64,000 nucleotides of DNA from assembly GCF_963506605.1 (NCBI RefSeq), contig NC_083282.1:78802001-78866000 (forward strand), given 5' to 3'. The translations under genes and the position numbers were made by a program. This document shows positions 25,556-37,727 of this stretch, one piece after another (the stretch's first letter is position 1; the number at the start of each line of letters is the position of its first letter). The DNA is from Zootoca vivipara (taxonomy: Eukaryota). The notes beneath the pieces were generated by a model. It did not search any database, was not told where the DNA came from, and was given only the letters and a program-made list of their open reading frames with translations.

Positions 25556-26447
25556 AAGTATAAGCAGTGAGGTTAGAGAGAGAAATGAAATGCAAACAGC
25601 AGTGAACTGACAATTATCTTAAACATATGCAAAATAATGACAGAGATAATTCACAAAGCGGTGTTGATAACAGAAACATCCTGGCATCCTTAAGCCTTTT
25701 GAAACTTGTAATGGGAAAAGAAAAGAAATGTCAGTTATCTCAACTCAGGCCCCAGGTGATAGATTTGAACTTCTTGAAAAGTTGTCTTTTCACTCTGGAG
25801 TCTCCTTTTGAAGTTCCTGTGTTCAAGAATGCCCACATTAAGGTTGGTGACAGAGTGCTTGAGGGCACAGAAATATTCTCTAAATATTGCCCTTTCTGAT
25901 ATCAGAGTTGTGTCAATTTATGTTCACAGGTGAATGACTATTATAATAATAGTTGTAAAACAAACAAACAAACAAATAAATTGTCATTACTATTATTTTT
26001 ATGGCATGCCAACTCCCCCCTGCCGTGGGGCTTTCATTTCAGGTCTTTGCACACTTGTGTGAAATCACATTATGATCAGAACACCCATTGAAAAAGCCTG
26101 CAAGCAGCCGTTTGACTTCACCCCCCAGATGTGTACTCCATTGTCTCTTGAAACAGATAGATGCCATCTACTTCAGGATTAATTACATATAGAGTCACAC
26201 TTTGAAAAGTAGGCAAGGCCACATCTGTGCTATATACTTAAAGCAGTATCATACCTGTTTAAACAGTCATAGCTTTCCAAAAGGAATCCTGGGACCTCTG
26301 GTTAGTTAAGGGCATTGAAAGTTGTTAGAAGACTTCTGTTCCACTCAGAGAACTACAATTCCCAGAGTCCCCATGGAAGAGGGAATGATTCTTAAACCAC
26401 TCTGGTTAGTCACCAACAGCTCAGACCATTAGTATGACACTTTGGCC

Positions 26448-26594
26448 NNNNNNNNNNNNNNNNNNNNNNNNNNNNNNNNNNNNNNNNNNNNNNNNNNNNN
26501 NNNNNNNNNNNNNNNNNNNNNNNNNNNNNNNNNNNNNNNNNNNNNNNNNNNNNNNNNNNNNNNNNNNNNNNNNNNNNNNNNNNNNNNNNNNNNN
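26448..26594. other. Assembly gap (147 N)
   Basis: Run of N. Confidence 1.
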
Positions 26595-26789
26595 GTAAAC
26601 ACCAGCAATTAATTAAACATGAGCAAATAGGCATTCATTTAAAAGGAATGCTTTCCATTCAAGTAGTACATTTCTGTTTCCAGTCACTTTGAAGGGACTT
26701 CTTATCCTTTGAAGGAATCAAAGATAATGCCAGCATGCAGACAACCGAGGACGTAAATGGAATTTGTTAAATTTCATTTGTTAAGGGGA

Positions 26790-27074
26790 GGTCCAGTGCC
26801 GAGGGCCTTCTGGCAGTTCCCTCACTGCGAGAAGCAAAGCTACAGGGGACCAGGCAGAGGGCCTTCTCAGTAGTGGTACCCACCCTGTGGAACACCCTCC
26901 CATCAGATGTCAAAGAGATAAACAGCTACCAGTACCTAACATTTAAAAGACATCTGAAGGCAGCCCTGTTCAGGGAAGTTTTTAATGTGTGACATTTTAA
27001 TGTATTTAATTTTTTTGTTGGAAGCCGCCCAGAGTGGCTGGGGAAACTCAGCCAGATGGGCGGGGTACAAATAA

Positions 27075-27120
<46 letters not shown>
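26790..27120 (+). mobile_element. L2 LINE 3' end with (TTA)n tail
   Basis: Matches 2945-3279. Confidence 0.9.
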
Positions 27121-27319
27121 GCTAACAAGAGGGTGTGAAGAGAATGGTGGTCTGTGCTCATATCGGAATGTGTGAGAGCAGCTGCCTGAAACCATCTATT
27201 TCGCAACTTGAATCTTCCTCTGCATATTGGACATAACAGCAGGCTAACTTTAAGGGTTCTTGTGAAGAGAAGGATGGTAATACCTGGCTTGAGTCCTGTG
27301 CATTCAAGGAATTACTGCT

Positions 27320-27457
27320 GCAATAGCTGTGTCGCTAGAGCATGAGACTTTTAATCTCAGGGCCGTGGCATCGAGCCCCACATTGGGCAAAAGACTCCTG
27401 CATTGCAGGGGGTTGGACTAGATGACCCTTGTAGTCCCTTTCAATTTTATGATTCTA
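27320..27457 (+). mobile_element. SINE with a tRNA-Lys-derived head and a CR1 3' tail
   Basis: TAGAGCATGAGACTTTTAATCTCAGGG...TCGAGCCCCACATTGGGC resembles tRNA-Lys(CTT). It is followed by the CR1 tail GGGGTTGGACTAGATGACCCTT...ATGATTCTA. Confidence 0.75.
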
Positions 27458-27614
27458 AATTCCGTTTTGCAAGCATATCTGGCCTTACAAACATTTTTTG
27501 TTTAGGTGCCATGTTAAGCCCAATGAACTCAGGTTCTGATCAAGCGCTGTCTAGGTTCAAAGTAAACTAAAGTCCACCTTTTTCATCTTAGCTTCCTAAA
27601 CATGAATTCAGATA

Positions 27615-27864
27615 CAGTGGTACCTCAGGTTAAGTTCCCAATCCGTTCCGGGGTGCCGTTCACACCCCAAAAAGAACTTAACCCGAGCGGCACTTTAGCG
27701 CATGCGTGAAGTGCTGATAGAGCACTTCTGCGCATGCGCGAAGCACGCAGAACGCTTCTGCGCATGCGCACAGGGCAGAACCTGGAAGTAAACACTTCCA
27801 GGTCCGCCAAGTACGCAACCTGAAAGTATGCAACCCGCAACGTACTCAACCCGACGTATGACTG
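27615..27864. mobile_element. Tigger-like MITE with GCGCATGCGC repeats
   Basis: TA|CAGTGGTACCTCAGGTTAAGT...ACTCAACCCGACGTATGACTG|TA. Confidence 0.8.
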
Positions 27865-27979
27865 TATGAAGTACTATAGCCAGGGCTCTATGTTAAGGGC
27901 GAGGGAGTTGGATCACATACTGTCATTATAATGAGACATGGCCGGGGGAACGAGGTTCTAAGGCTTATAGTTAAAAAAT

Positions 27980-28075
27980 GAAAAAAATTCCTTCGGAAGC
28001 ACCTTAAAGACCAACTAAGTTTTTATTTTGGTATGAGCTTTCGTGTGCATGCACACTTCGTCAGATACACTGAAA
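27980..28075 (-). mobile_element. Penelope-like pseudo-LTR fragment
   Basis: The minus strand reads ...GAAAGCTCATACCAAAATAAAAACTTAGTTGGTCTTTAAGGTGC..., the same family as 12029-12230. Confidence 0.8.
28031..28068 (-). ncRNA. Minimal type I hammerhead ribozyme motif (Penelope-associated)
   Basis: GUAU-CUGACGA-A-GUGUG(CAUG)CACAC-GAAA-GC-UC-AUAC: stem I GUAU/AUAC, intact CUGANGA and GAAA boxes, UC cleavage site, palindromic AGCU in place of stem III. Confidence 0.75.
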
Positions 28076-28127
28076 CAGTTTCTGCACTAGGAGATGCACA
28101 ACAGATGCACTAGGAAATACATACAGT

Positions 28128-28407
28128 AGTTCAAATTCCCACGACGGGGTGAGCTCCCGTTCCTCAGTCCCAGCTCCTGCCAACCTAGCAGTTCGAAAGC
28201 ACGTCAAAGTGTAAGTAGATAAATAGATACCGCTCCGGTGGGAAGGTAAATGGCGTTTCCGTGCGCTGCTTTGGTTTCGCCAGAAGCGGCTTAGTCGTGC
28301 TGGCCACATGACGCGGAAAAACTGTCTGCGGACAAACGTCGGCTCCCTCGGCCAGTAAAGTGAGATGAGCACCGCAACCCCAGAGTCAGGGGTCCTTTAC
28401 CTTTACC
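28128..28407 (+). mobile_element. Sauria SINE (5'-truncated)
   Basis: GGGGTGAGCTCCCG...CTGCCAACCTAGCAGTTCGAAAGCA...GCTGGCCACATGAC...GAGATGAGCACC, then a (CCTTTA)n tail. Confidence 0.9.
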
Positions 28408-29799
28408 ACAGCAAGCTTCTTAATCTCTTGCATTCACCACTATACACAAACATAACAGATCTGGTTGTAGTTTTATCCCTGCTCCCCCAATACAATCACA
28501 ATTTGGGAGCAGAGTACCTGTGGGCCTGCTATATTTTCCAAAAGAGAACCTAACCATTCATGGATAGATAATTTGCAATTCTATACAGCCTGAATTCTGA
28601 AGCTTCATTTCCATATTCCTTTCATGTATACTATGAATTACAAATAACCAAACTCTCTTGAAGTGCAGAGGTATACTGCACAAAATATTACTGCCAGGGA
28701 TCAGAGTGTACTTTTTGTTTTGTTTTTCCATGAACAGTTCACATTAGGATTCTATTAATGTTAGCAGTAATCTAAATATGGAGAAGTGTACAGCCAGGAA
28801 GACATTACTGCACTAGCTGTATTCAAAGAAGTATGCACTGTTGTATTTAGCCGCAAGAAATCTTATGCAGGTGCATCCACGAAAAACAGGCCACACTGTA
28901 CATGTGTCCATATCAAAGTGCTTCTGAAGTTTTTTGCCTATCTAGTCCCAAACGAACATTATTTGTTAAAAATTTCTGCCTTGCCTTTGCATAAAAATGC
29001 TCAAGGAAGCTACAGTCCAGCCATAATTCCTAGAGAGATAGTAATTCTCCAAAGCAGTGAAATTACAGTATGTATTACATAATGTGGTTCAGGCCCTACC
29101 TAAAGGTCCAAATCAAAAGTTTAGCACTGGGAGTGTGTTTTTTGGGCCTCTAGCAGTTATGCCATAGGGCATTTTATGCTGCTTAACATCCATATGAAGC
29201 TGTTGAGAATAGTTATTAAGAGATTTGTGGTCAGGTGCCATCAGTATGCTGATAAAATAAACACAGCTCTATTTCTCCACAACATTTGAATCACAGGAGG
29301 CTGTGCAGGCCCTGGACCAGGGGATGCAGGGAAATAAACGAGGCTTGAATCCTGGCAAAAGGGAGGTTTTAGGGGCAAGTGGTTCTTGTCTCTGAGAAAC
29401 TGGCCGATTTCCCACCCTGGAAAGGATCCCCCACAGCCTGGGGACTTGCATGGGGGGTTTCGCTTGGGAACAACACTGCAAGGGATGTTGTCAGCCCCAT
29501 GTTCGGTGCTGGCAAAGTGGTTGTTTGTTGCCTCCCATCCATTGACAAGGACAGGAGAAACAAGGCTGCAGTTTGCAAGTGTGACTGTTTCACTTTGCTG
29601 CAGTTGCTTGCAAAATGTAGTTTTGTTTTTCCCCTCTGTGCCATATGATGGGAGACGAAGAAGCAAGGCTGCTTAGCACTGGGTTTGGGTCCATGAGAGG
29701 CAGAACCACACCCAGCACTAAATAGGACCTGCCCTCCCCACATCAGCTCATGTGGTAGGGGTGTGATCCTGCTTGGTCCAAATGCACCTAATTTAAATG

Positions 29800-29988
29800 C
29801 ATGTCTGCAGGGGAAAAAATACATGGAAGGGCAGATTGAATGGTATTTTCTGTTGCTCTGACTTATGCAGATGGAGAGGAGCAAATGCACTTGATCCACA
29901 TTCAGCTTCCCTGGGATGCAACATGCAAACGTGGTCTATGTGCCTAAAATCTAACATGCATAGGCCCATTTTTTCCCCTGCAGACATG
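29800..29988. repeat. 21-bp inverted repeat bounding a probable MITE
   Basis: CATGTCTGCAGGGGAAAAAAT (29800-29820) and ATTTTTTCCCCTGCAGACATG (29968-29988). Confidence 0.7.
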
Positions 29989-30104
29989 TGAATCTTTAAA
30001 TAACGAATATCATGTTAAAGAAGGATGCAAATCTCTTACTCCATTCAGAGGAGGTACTCATCCCACACATACCCAAAATTTAAACACAATTTAAATGGAA
30101 TGGG

Positions 30105-30110
30105 TTTATT
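30105..30110 (-). terminator. DPM1: Probable DPM1 polyadenylation signal
   Basis: AATAAA on the minus strand 220 nt after the stop, followed by GU/U-rich sequence (TTGTGTTT...GTATGTGTG). Confidence 0.7.
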
Positions 30111-30330
30111 TTTGAATAGTAAACATTACACAGTGATCATTAGTCACATTTAATAAACAATGCTGCCCAGATTATATGCACTGTATTTTTTCTTCAAATC
30201 AGAAATTAGCAATGATTTTCTATATATAGCCACCAGTAAACTTAGCAAGATTCCACTATGCCATATAAAAATAATTTCTTCAGTCCAATGAAAAGGTATA
30301 TGGAATGCTAGGAAGATTCTCTTTAATAAA

Positions 30331-30435
<105 letters not shown>

Positions 30436-30939
30436 CTATTAAAAAAAAAAGAGCACAAAATTATTTTAGTTTTAACATAACAAGTTCAAGAAGTAATAGA
30501 AAGAAAGAAAAGAGCCACTTCAGCTCCATCTAGCATCGTGTCCAGAATAAAATCTGCTTTGGTGAGAAGGTATGAAATGATGGCAGCTATGTTATCAAAG
30601 CCATTTTCACTCTCAAAATCTAGTTCTAATCCAAAGCATCTCAGCTACCATCTCCTGTAAAAGCATGTTCCTAGTGTGCATGAATGGATCTTGCATGTGG
30701 TGGCAGAAGCACCAATGGCTCAGAACAATAGTTAGGGCTCTCCTTTCTCCTTGTGGTTAACATGGTCTTTCAAGCACTGGCTGAAAACTTTTCTGTTCAC
30801 TCAGGTTTTTGACAGCATTTTAATCTGACGATTTTCTGCAGCAAAATGCCCTGCTATGTTATTCTGTCTGTTAGGTTGTTTTAATGATTTAAATTGTTTT
30901 GTTGTTTGTTTGTTTGTTTTTTAAAAAAACATTTATTGT

Positions 30940-31370
30940 GCTTATATATTACCCTTCATCCTGTTGGACCCCAGGATGGAGTACAAGAAAACAGCATAAA
31001 CACTAGATTAGAACAATGACATCAGCGATTACAGGAGACATAAAAAGTAATTACAGCAGGCATAAAAAATTACTTCTCTGGCTTACACTCCACCCACAAA
31101 CACCTGGTGAAAAGAAGACTCTTGAGAGGAGAACAAAAATACATTATTGAGGGATACACCCGCAAAGGGAGGGAGTTCCACAGATCCGGTGGCACTACAG
31201 AGGGGGTCCTATCTTGCATCACCACCCAATGGGCCATATTTGTTGATGTGACCGTGAGAAGGGCCTTCTCTGCAGATGTCAAGGCCTGGGTGAGCAGATA
31301 TGGGGAGAGGTCCTCCTTCAGCTTTGTATGTTAAAGTCAAGGTCTTGAATTGGGCATGGTTGCAAACAGC
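30940..31370 (-). mobile_element. Old L2-like 3' fragment
   Basis: Remnant SAEKALLTV...SVVPPDLWNSLP...LKSLLF, homologous to the L2 ORF2 C-terminus. Confidence 0.6.
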
Positions 31371-32765
31371 CTGGCAAAAATATTATTAAAACTCTTTGTT
31401 CAAAAGGCAGGGTATAAATATTTTAAACAAAGGGAAAAGCAGAGATAAAATCCTGTTCGGTTTTCTTTTCAGCATCCCCATCTATATGGTGGTGGGTTTT
31501 CCTTATTGCAGCAGAATTCATCACCATCTCAACAGTAGTTAAAATAGTGATATACCTGCAATTAGTGTTATACTTCCAAGGGATACATACTTGGGCTACA
31601 ATCCTACACACACTAGCCTCAGACAACAATTACTCTTGTAGCACCTTAAAAACCAGCACACTTTATTTTAGCATGATTTATTATCAGTTGCATGAAGTGT
31701 AATTCTCAGTTGCTGGTATATATGGTTGTAAATAGTGGGATAAGGGGGAAACAAAATGCAAAAAGTACAAATACCAGCAATTCAGTTGAGAGCTAATATA
31801 TGCACAATGTTGACTGACCCTTTACAAAAGCAGTGGCAGGTATTATCTGAAAGTAACACAGTACTTCCAATGAATGCAGGAAATATTCAATGATAAACGT
31901 GCATAGGATCGCACTGTCAGGGAAATTAGCACCTTTCAATGAACAGAATACTAGACTTGATCTGGAGAAGCATGTGAATTCATATGGCCCTGAGAAAGTT
32001 ACTCCCTCTCATCCTGAGCGCCTTATCTGTAATTTGGGAACAATACTAACCTACCTCACGGGGTTGCTGTGAGAACAAGAGAGTGCTGCTCCTTTAATAA
32101 CTATTGCACATGGTTCTAATTCAGTAGCTAGTCATTTAAATATAGTAAACACTGATTTGCAATGTTTTAGAATGCCAGCTATTTTCGCTATACTGAAGCA
32201 GGAACTTTAACATTCCAGTGTGTAAGACTATATGTTAAATAATACCCAAGGGCCCAAACTCAGACGGTGGAATCCACAGAAAGTCTGGCTAGGTACTCTC
32301 AGTTGGCATACTCAACCAGAAATCAGCTGGCAGGCAGAAGTGAAAAAAACCATGCTTCCCACACACATGCAGCTCTGCCAAGCATGAGTTGTTGCATCTC
32401 TAGGCAATAGTTTTTTCTGCCAATGGAGAGCCAAAGGCATAGGCTTGTCTAGTACATTTTCAGTTGCTTCAGAGACAACAAGGGTACAGTCTTGAAACAG
32501 AATTGCTAAAGAATCTGGGACTCCTACTGGAGGCTCTTGCCAGTGCAGGAAAAAGCAGCTTGGAATGTAGTGGAATGAGACAGTCTAGAACGCTTATGCT
32601 TAAAAAAAAAATCTCATAAAACATGTTTGTTTTCTTAGCAGTCTTGTACCTGTTTGGGAATCCTAAGAAACCAAAAAATCAGTACAATTTTGAAACCAGT
32701 GATTAAAATCAGTGCAGTTCTGAAAGGTTCAGTCCACTATCTTGATTCAAAATGACATCTAAGTA

Positions 32766-33011
32766 CAGTGGTACCTCGACAACCAAACAACTCGACTTCC
32801 GAAGGTTTCGACTTCCGAAGTCGACAACCCCGGAAGTCTTTTCGCCGCGCGCATTCTGCGCCTGCGCAGAAGCGGCACGTGCGGTCGGTCATGTGCAGAA
32901 GCGCAAAATTGCGCTTAGCGCATGTGCAGAACGGGCGCTTTGAGAACTGAAGACTTCGACTTACGAAGACGGCTGCGGAACGGATCGTCTTCGTAAGTCG
33001 AGGTACCACTG
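32766..33011. mobile_element. Tigger-like MITE, CpG-rich
   Basis: TA|CAGTGGTACCTCGAC...GTCGAGGTACCACTG|TA. Confidence 0.9.
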
Positions 33012-33365
33012 TATAGATAAAAACCTGCTCCTTGATGTCAGGAACCATCATGCAAAATTGGGTTACATAGGATGAGATTCAACTGCCCTGTTCTGCTACT
33101 GGAAGCCAGTGCAAGGACTCCCATTAGCACAATGGGGTTCCCCCTCTCCCTCTCGTACCCCACACCTCCCCCAAATCCACTCTGGAGGACTGGGAGAACG
33201 CCCAGAACAACACACTGGGGGAGCCAAGGGGAGATCATTCCATAGGGCAAAGCAGAAATGGAAGGAATGATTTCCTTAGAACTACAAGTGAATTTTGCCC
33301 AATATCTTAAGAGATGTCCAAATGCATAGTGAACAAACAACTTTCCAAAATACAGAGTAGAATCC

Positions 33366-33538
33366 AACAGATGTCAAGGAAATAAGCAGCTTCCTATTTT
33401 TAAAAGACATCTGAAGGCAGCCCTGTTTAGGGAAGTTTTTAATGCTGTATTGTTTTAATTTTTGATTGGAAGCCGACCAGAGTGGCTGGGGGCGGGGTAC
33501 AGATGGACGGGGTACAAATTCTTCTTCTTCTTCTTCTT
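33366..33538 (+). mobile_element. L2 3' end with (TTC)n tail
   Basis: CATCTGAAGGCAGCCCTGTTTAGGGAAG matches the other L2 copies. Confidence 0.85.
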
Positions 33539-33589
33539 ACACCTCCTGGGCCATTTTGCAGCTGTTAGCCAATTATTATTCTATTATCA

Positions 33590-33859
<270 letters not shown>

Positions 33860-33923
33860 TCAATCCATGTCTGACTTTATTATCCGTTTCAAATTGACCA
33901 TTAATTTTATATATTACTGCTCA

Positions 33924-34109
<186 letters not shown>

Positions 34110-34450
34110 TCACTATAGTAACATTGGCCTGCGTCAATACAAATGCATACTTTGGAAGAGTTTGCTAATTTACATCAAGCCAAGAAAAGAAGCATGTAGA
34201 ACAAAAAAGATTTATCTATCTCATTTGTAAATGGTTTATATATTGCCAAACACAACCAGGAGAATTACAAGAAAAAAAGATAATCAAATCTCTGCCTAAA
34301 GGTTTACTATCTATGAAGTAGAACGAAAACAAAAAATGCTATTATCCTAGGACCAAACAAGAATGAAAGACTAGCCTAGAACAGAACAAAAGGAGGAGGA
34401 TAAGAGTTAATAACAGAACTCAGAATCCTCCTGTGTGGCTTTTTCTATTA

Positions 34451-34615
<165 letters not shown>

Positions 34616-35111
34616 TTACATTAACAAAAAATCTATTAACTTCCAGTAATCTAGGTCCAATTTAATACAACAAATTCAGCTTAAGGAAGGCACCAAGTTG
34701 AGAAGGGGTGGAAAAGGGTCCATTTGCAACTAGCGGGTCTAGGTTGTAGTAAAAGGGAGCGATTTCAACTGGGAAACTAATCCCTTTTAATTCTTCCCAT
34801 CTTAGTTTTGCCAGTTCATGAGGACCAGGCAAAAAGCAATAACAGAAGAAAAAAAATCAACATTATAATAATTTTCTTTGTTTTATTATGCCTCCTCCAG
34901 TCCCCCACTGTTTCAAGCACACAAAACACTCGTTTCCATAAAAATAGCGGAGAAAAAGGGGTGGGAAGCAAGACTCAATAAATACTACATGAAATTTAAT
35001 CACTTTCATTTTCTAAGCTATCAGTATCAGTTTCTGCTTCTTCATATGTATCAAATGATGACAAGTTTGAGGTCAAGAGGATAGAAAAGACAGAAACAGA
35101 TCCGCCAATTA

Positions 35112-35275
35112 TGTATATTCCTCTGTATAAGACTACTTTTTAACCCAGGAAAATCTTCTCAAAAGTTGGGGGTCGTCTTATACGCCGGGTCATATTTCTT
35201 ATATGGCGAGTATATCCCAAAATCTATATTTTAACTGGAAAAGTTGGGGGTCGTCTTATACGCCGGAATATACGG
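35112..35275. mobile_element. pogo/Tc2-like MITE
   Basis: Ends GTCTTATACGCCGGAATATACGG|TA. AAAAGTTGGGGGTCGTCTTATACGCCGG is duplicated internally. Confidence 0.75.
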
Positions 35276-36017
35276 TACGTCAACAAAAGGAAGCCCACAA
35301 GCAAAGAAGACCCTGAATTCTCCCTTCTCTTGTGACAACGGCAGTGCCCCCTAGAGGCAAAAATGATTCTTGCTCTTGCATTTGAGTGTTGTACCCTAGG
35401 TGTACAGGAATCCAATACTGTTCATAGTTTTACATAAAAGTTTACCTGTTGCAGTTTTTAGAAATCATTCTGGGGGGAGTATGCTTATGAAAACCTAGTC
35501 TTAAAACCTTTATTCACCATTCTGGAGGAAAATATTTCATAACTCATTATTTTTCAGAAAAACTCAAAAGCATAGGCAGAATAAGTTCCCCCTTGCCACC
35601 ACAGTTTTAAGAGTTTTTTGTCGACTTTCATATCTCTGTGCTGTTATCCTTGTGAAGTTTGGCAGGATTCTGACCTTGCTGCAAACTTTATTCAATTCTG
35701 GTCAAAAATTAAAGTTTAGACTCTTCTTTTCTGATTTCTTTCATTGTTCAACCTATTGCCCATTGCTAATGTACCAAATGTAAATGCAGACAGGACAAAG
35801 CATCTGTTTCACATGAAGAAGGTTGTAGGTTCAAAATCTCCAGGTAAGATTGGAAGGGATTTCTGCCTGAAACCCTAGAGAACTGCTGACAGTGTAGATT
35901 ATACTGAGCTAGTTGGAGAAATAGTTTGACTTGGTATAAGGCAGCTTCCTATGCACCTGGGCAATAAATATCAAGGTCTGATCGAAATATTAAAAAAATA
36001 CTAAAAATACTACCCAC

Positions 36018-36043
36018 CTGATGAACTCTGGAATGAATTTTGG
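36018..36043 (-). CDS. DPM1: DPM1 exon 5 (PKFIPEFI), a 26-nt micro-exon
   Basis: tttcag|CCAAAATTCATTCCAGAGTTCATCAG|gtgggt. Confidence 0.96.
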
Positions 36044-36102
36044 CTGAAACACAAAAGAGAGATATGGGAAAATGAAAATATACTCCAGCTCAATGCAAGT
36101 TA

Positions 36103-36267
<165 letters not shown>

Positions 36268-36757
36268 TCAGAATCATGTATGTGAGCTTTCAGCTACAAG
36301 GCTGATTCAGTTTCTCTTTAAAGTCAACATATGGAGTAAAAAAATGCCATACATTTTTATTGAACAGCTGCTCGATCAATCTCTCTCCTGCCTGTCCTGG
36401 GCAGCAGTTAGTCACACATGCATGAGTTTCAAGCAGCTACTACAACCCCAAAGTGTAGTGTATAAATGGGGATAAACAGTGTAATTTCATGGTTAGAGAA
36501 AATTGTGTAGGTCCAGCTTATTATTTAACTGGAGTTGTGCTATGTTGGATACTGCTGAAAACCAACAAATATGCCTTCCTACCCCCAGAAAGGTATATAT
36601 ACACACATATGGAAGTTTCCCCCAAGTTTCCAACACACACGCCAGCCAATAGAGTTAAAGGTATGATTAAACTTATGCTTTTTAAAATGGTAAACCGCCC
36701 TGGAAGTTCAAGGTCGGAATATAAAACGTGTAAATTCTCAAATTAATGAATACTTAC

Positions 36758-36791
36758 CCAATCCAAGTTTCTTTGCTCTGGGTCTTAAAAG
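36758..36791 (-). CDS. DPM1: DPM1 exon 3 (LLRPRAKKLGL)
   Basis: 34 nt, ttttacag| acceptor and |gtaagt donor. Confidence 0.96.
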
Positions 36792-37727
36792 CTGTAAAAT
36801 ATCAGTGGAAGAAATGAGTAACAGATTAATTGCATTAAATGATCCATGATTGTAGGTTTTTTATTATTATTTCAGCTAAATATTAATATTCACTCAGTTG
36901 CTCTTCTCTCAAATAGGATTGCTACACTTCCATATTTACAAAGCAACATGCCTTTAACATTTGGATTACACAGACATTAATTCAGATCAAAACAGTTATA
37001 GAATATAGAGCTGTAGACCAAGTTTAGAAGATGTGGTTGGCTGAAGATGGGTAATAGAGCTGAAGCTGACTGAATCAGCTGTGGGTGGTGCTTAGTAGTC
37101 CTGACTTTGGGTCTTTGAAGTCATTGCGATGTCAGGTGATTGGCAGATGGTCAACCCACCCACTTGTTCATTTCAGCTCAAAGAGCCAAAAAAGTCCCCC
37201 TCCCTTAGCATAAATTACGGCTCACCACCAAGCACTTCAAAGTAAGGGAGGCTTGACTAGCAGGGTTAGAACATACACCTGCCATGCATCTATGCTCTCT
37301 TAGGTGCTCACATAAAAACTGCAGGGGCTTAGTGCGAGTAAGTTTGTTCATTATCAGAAATATGTACATTGCATTTTTAAAAAAATCATGCATTTCCAAT
37401 TTTTCTTAGCAACACTTCATCAAGAGGTATTCGACTTAATTCTGCAAATTTGAGTGGGCACAGTATCAAATGAATGAAAATGTATTGGATAATATCCAAC
37501 TGAGTCACAATCAGAGTAGAACCCATTCCCATTGCAATTAATGGACAAGTAGAGTCCACTGATTTCAATGGATCTACTCAGACTACAACCAACACTGAAT
37601 ACCATCCGCTGTATATGCAGCTGAAGAAGCATTGCTAACACTGCACCTGGATCCCCTGTTGCATTGCTGAATATGATAAACTTGTGTCACAATGCAAAAA
37701 TTATGGGGAAAGTGGTATCTGGTAGAT

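Noticed and set aside
27320-27390. Functional tRNA-Lys gene
   Set aside because: Acceptor stem, D-arm and T-loop are degenerate, and it is fused to a CR1 tail, so it is a SINE head.
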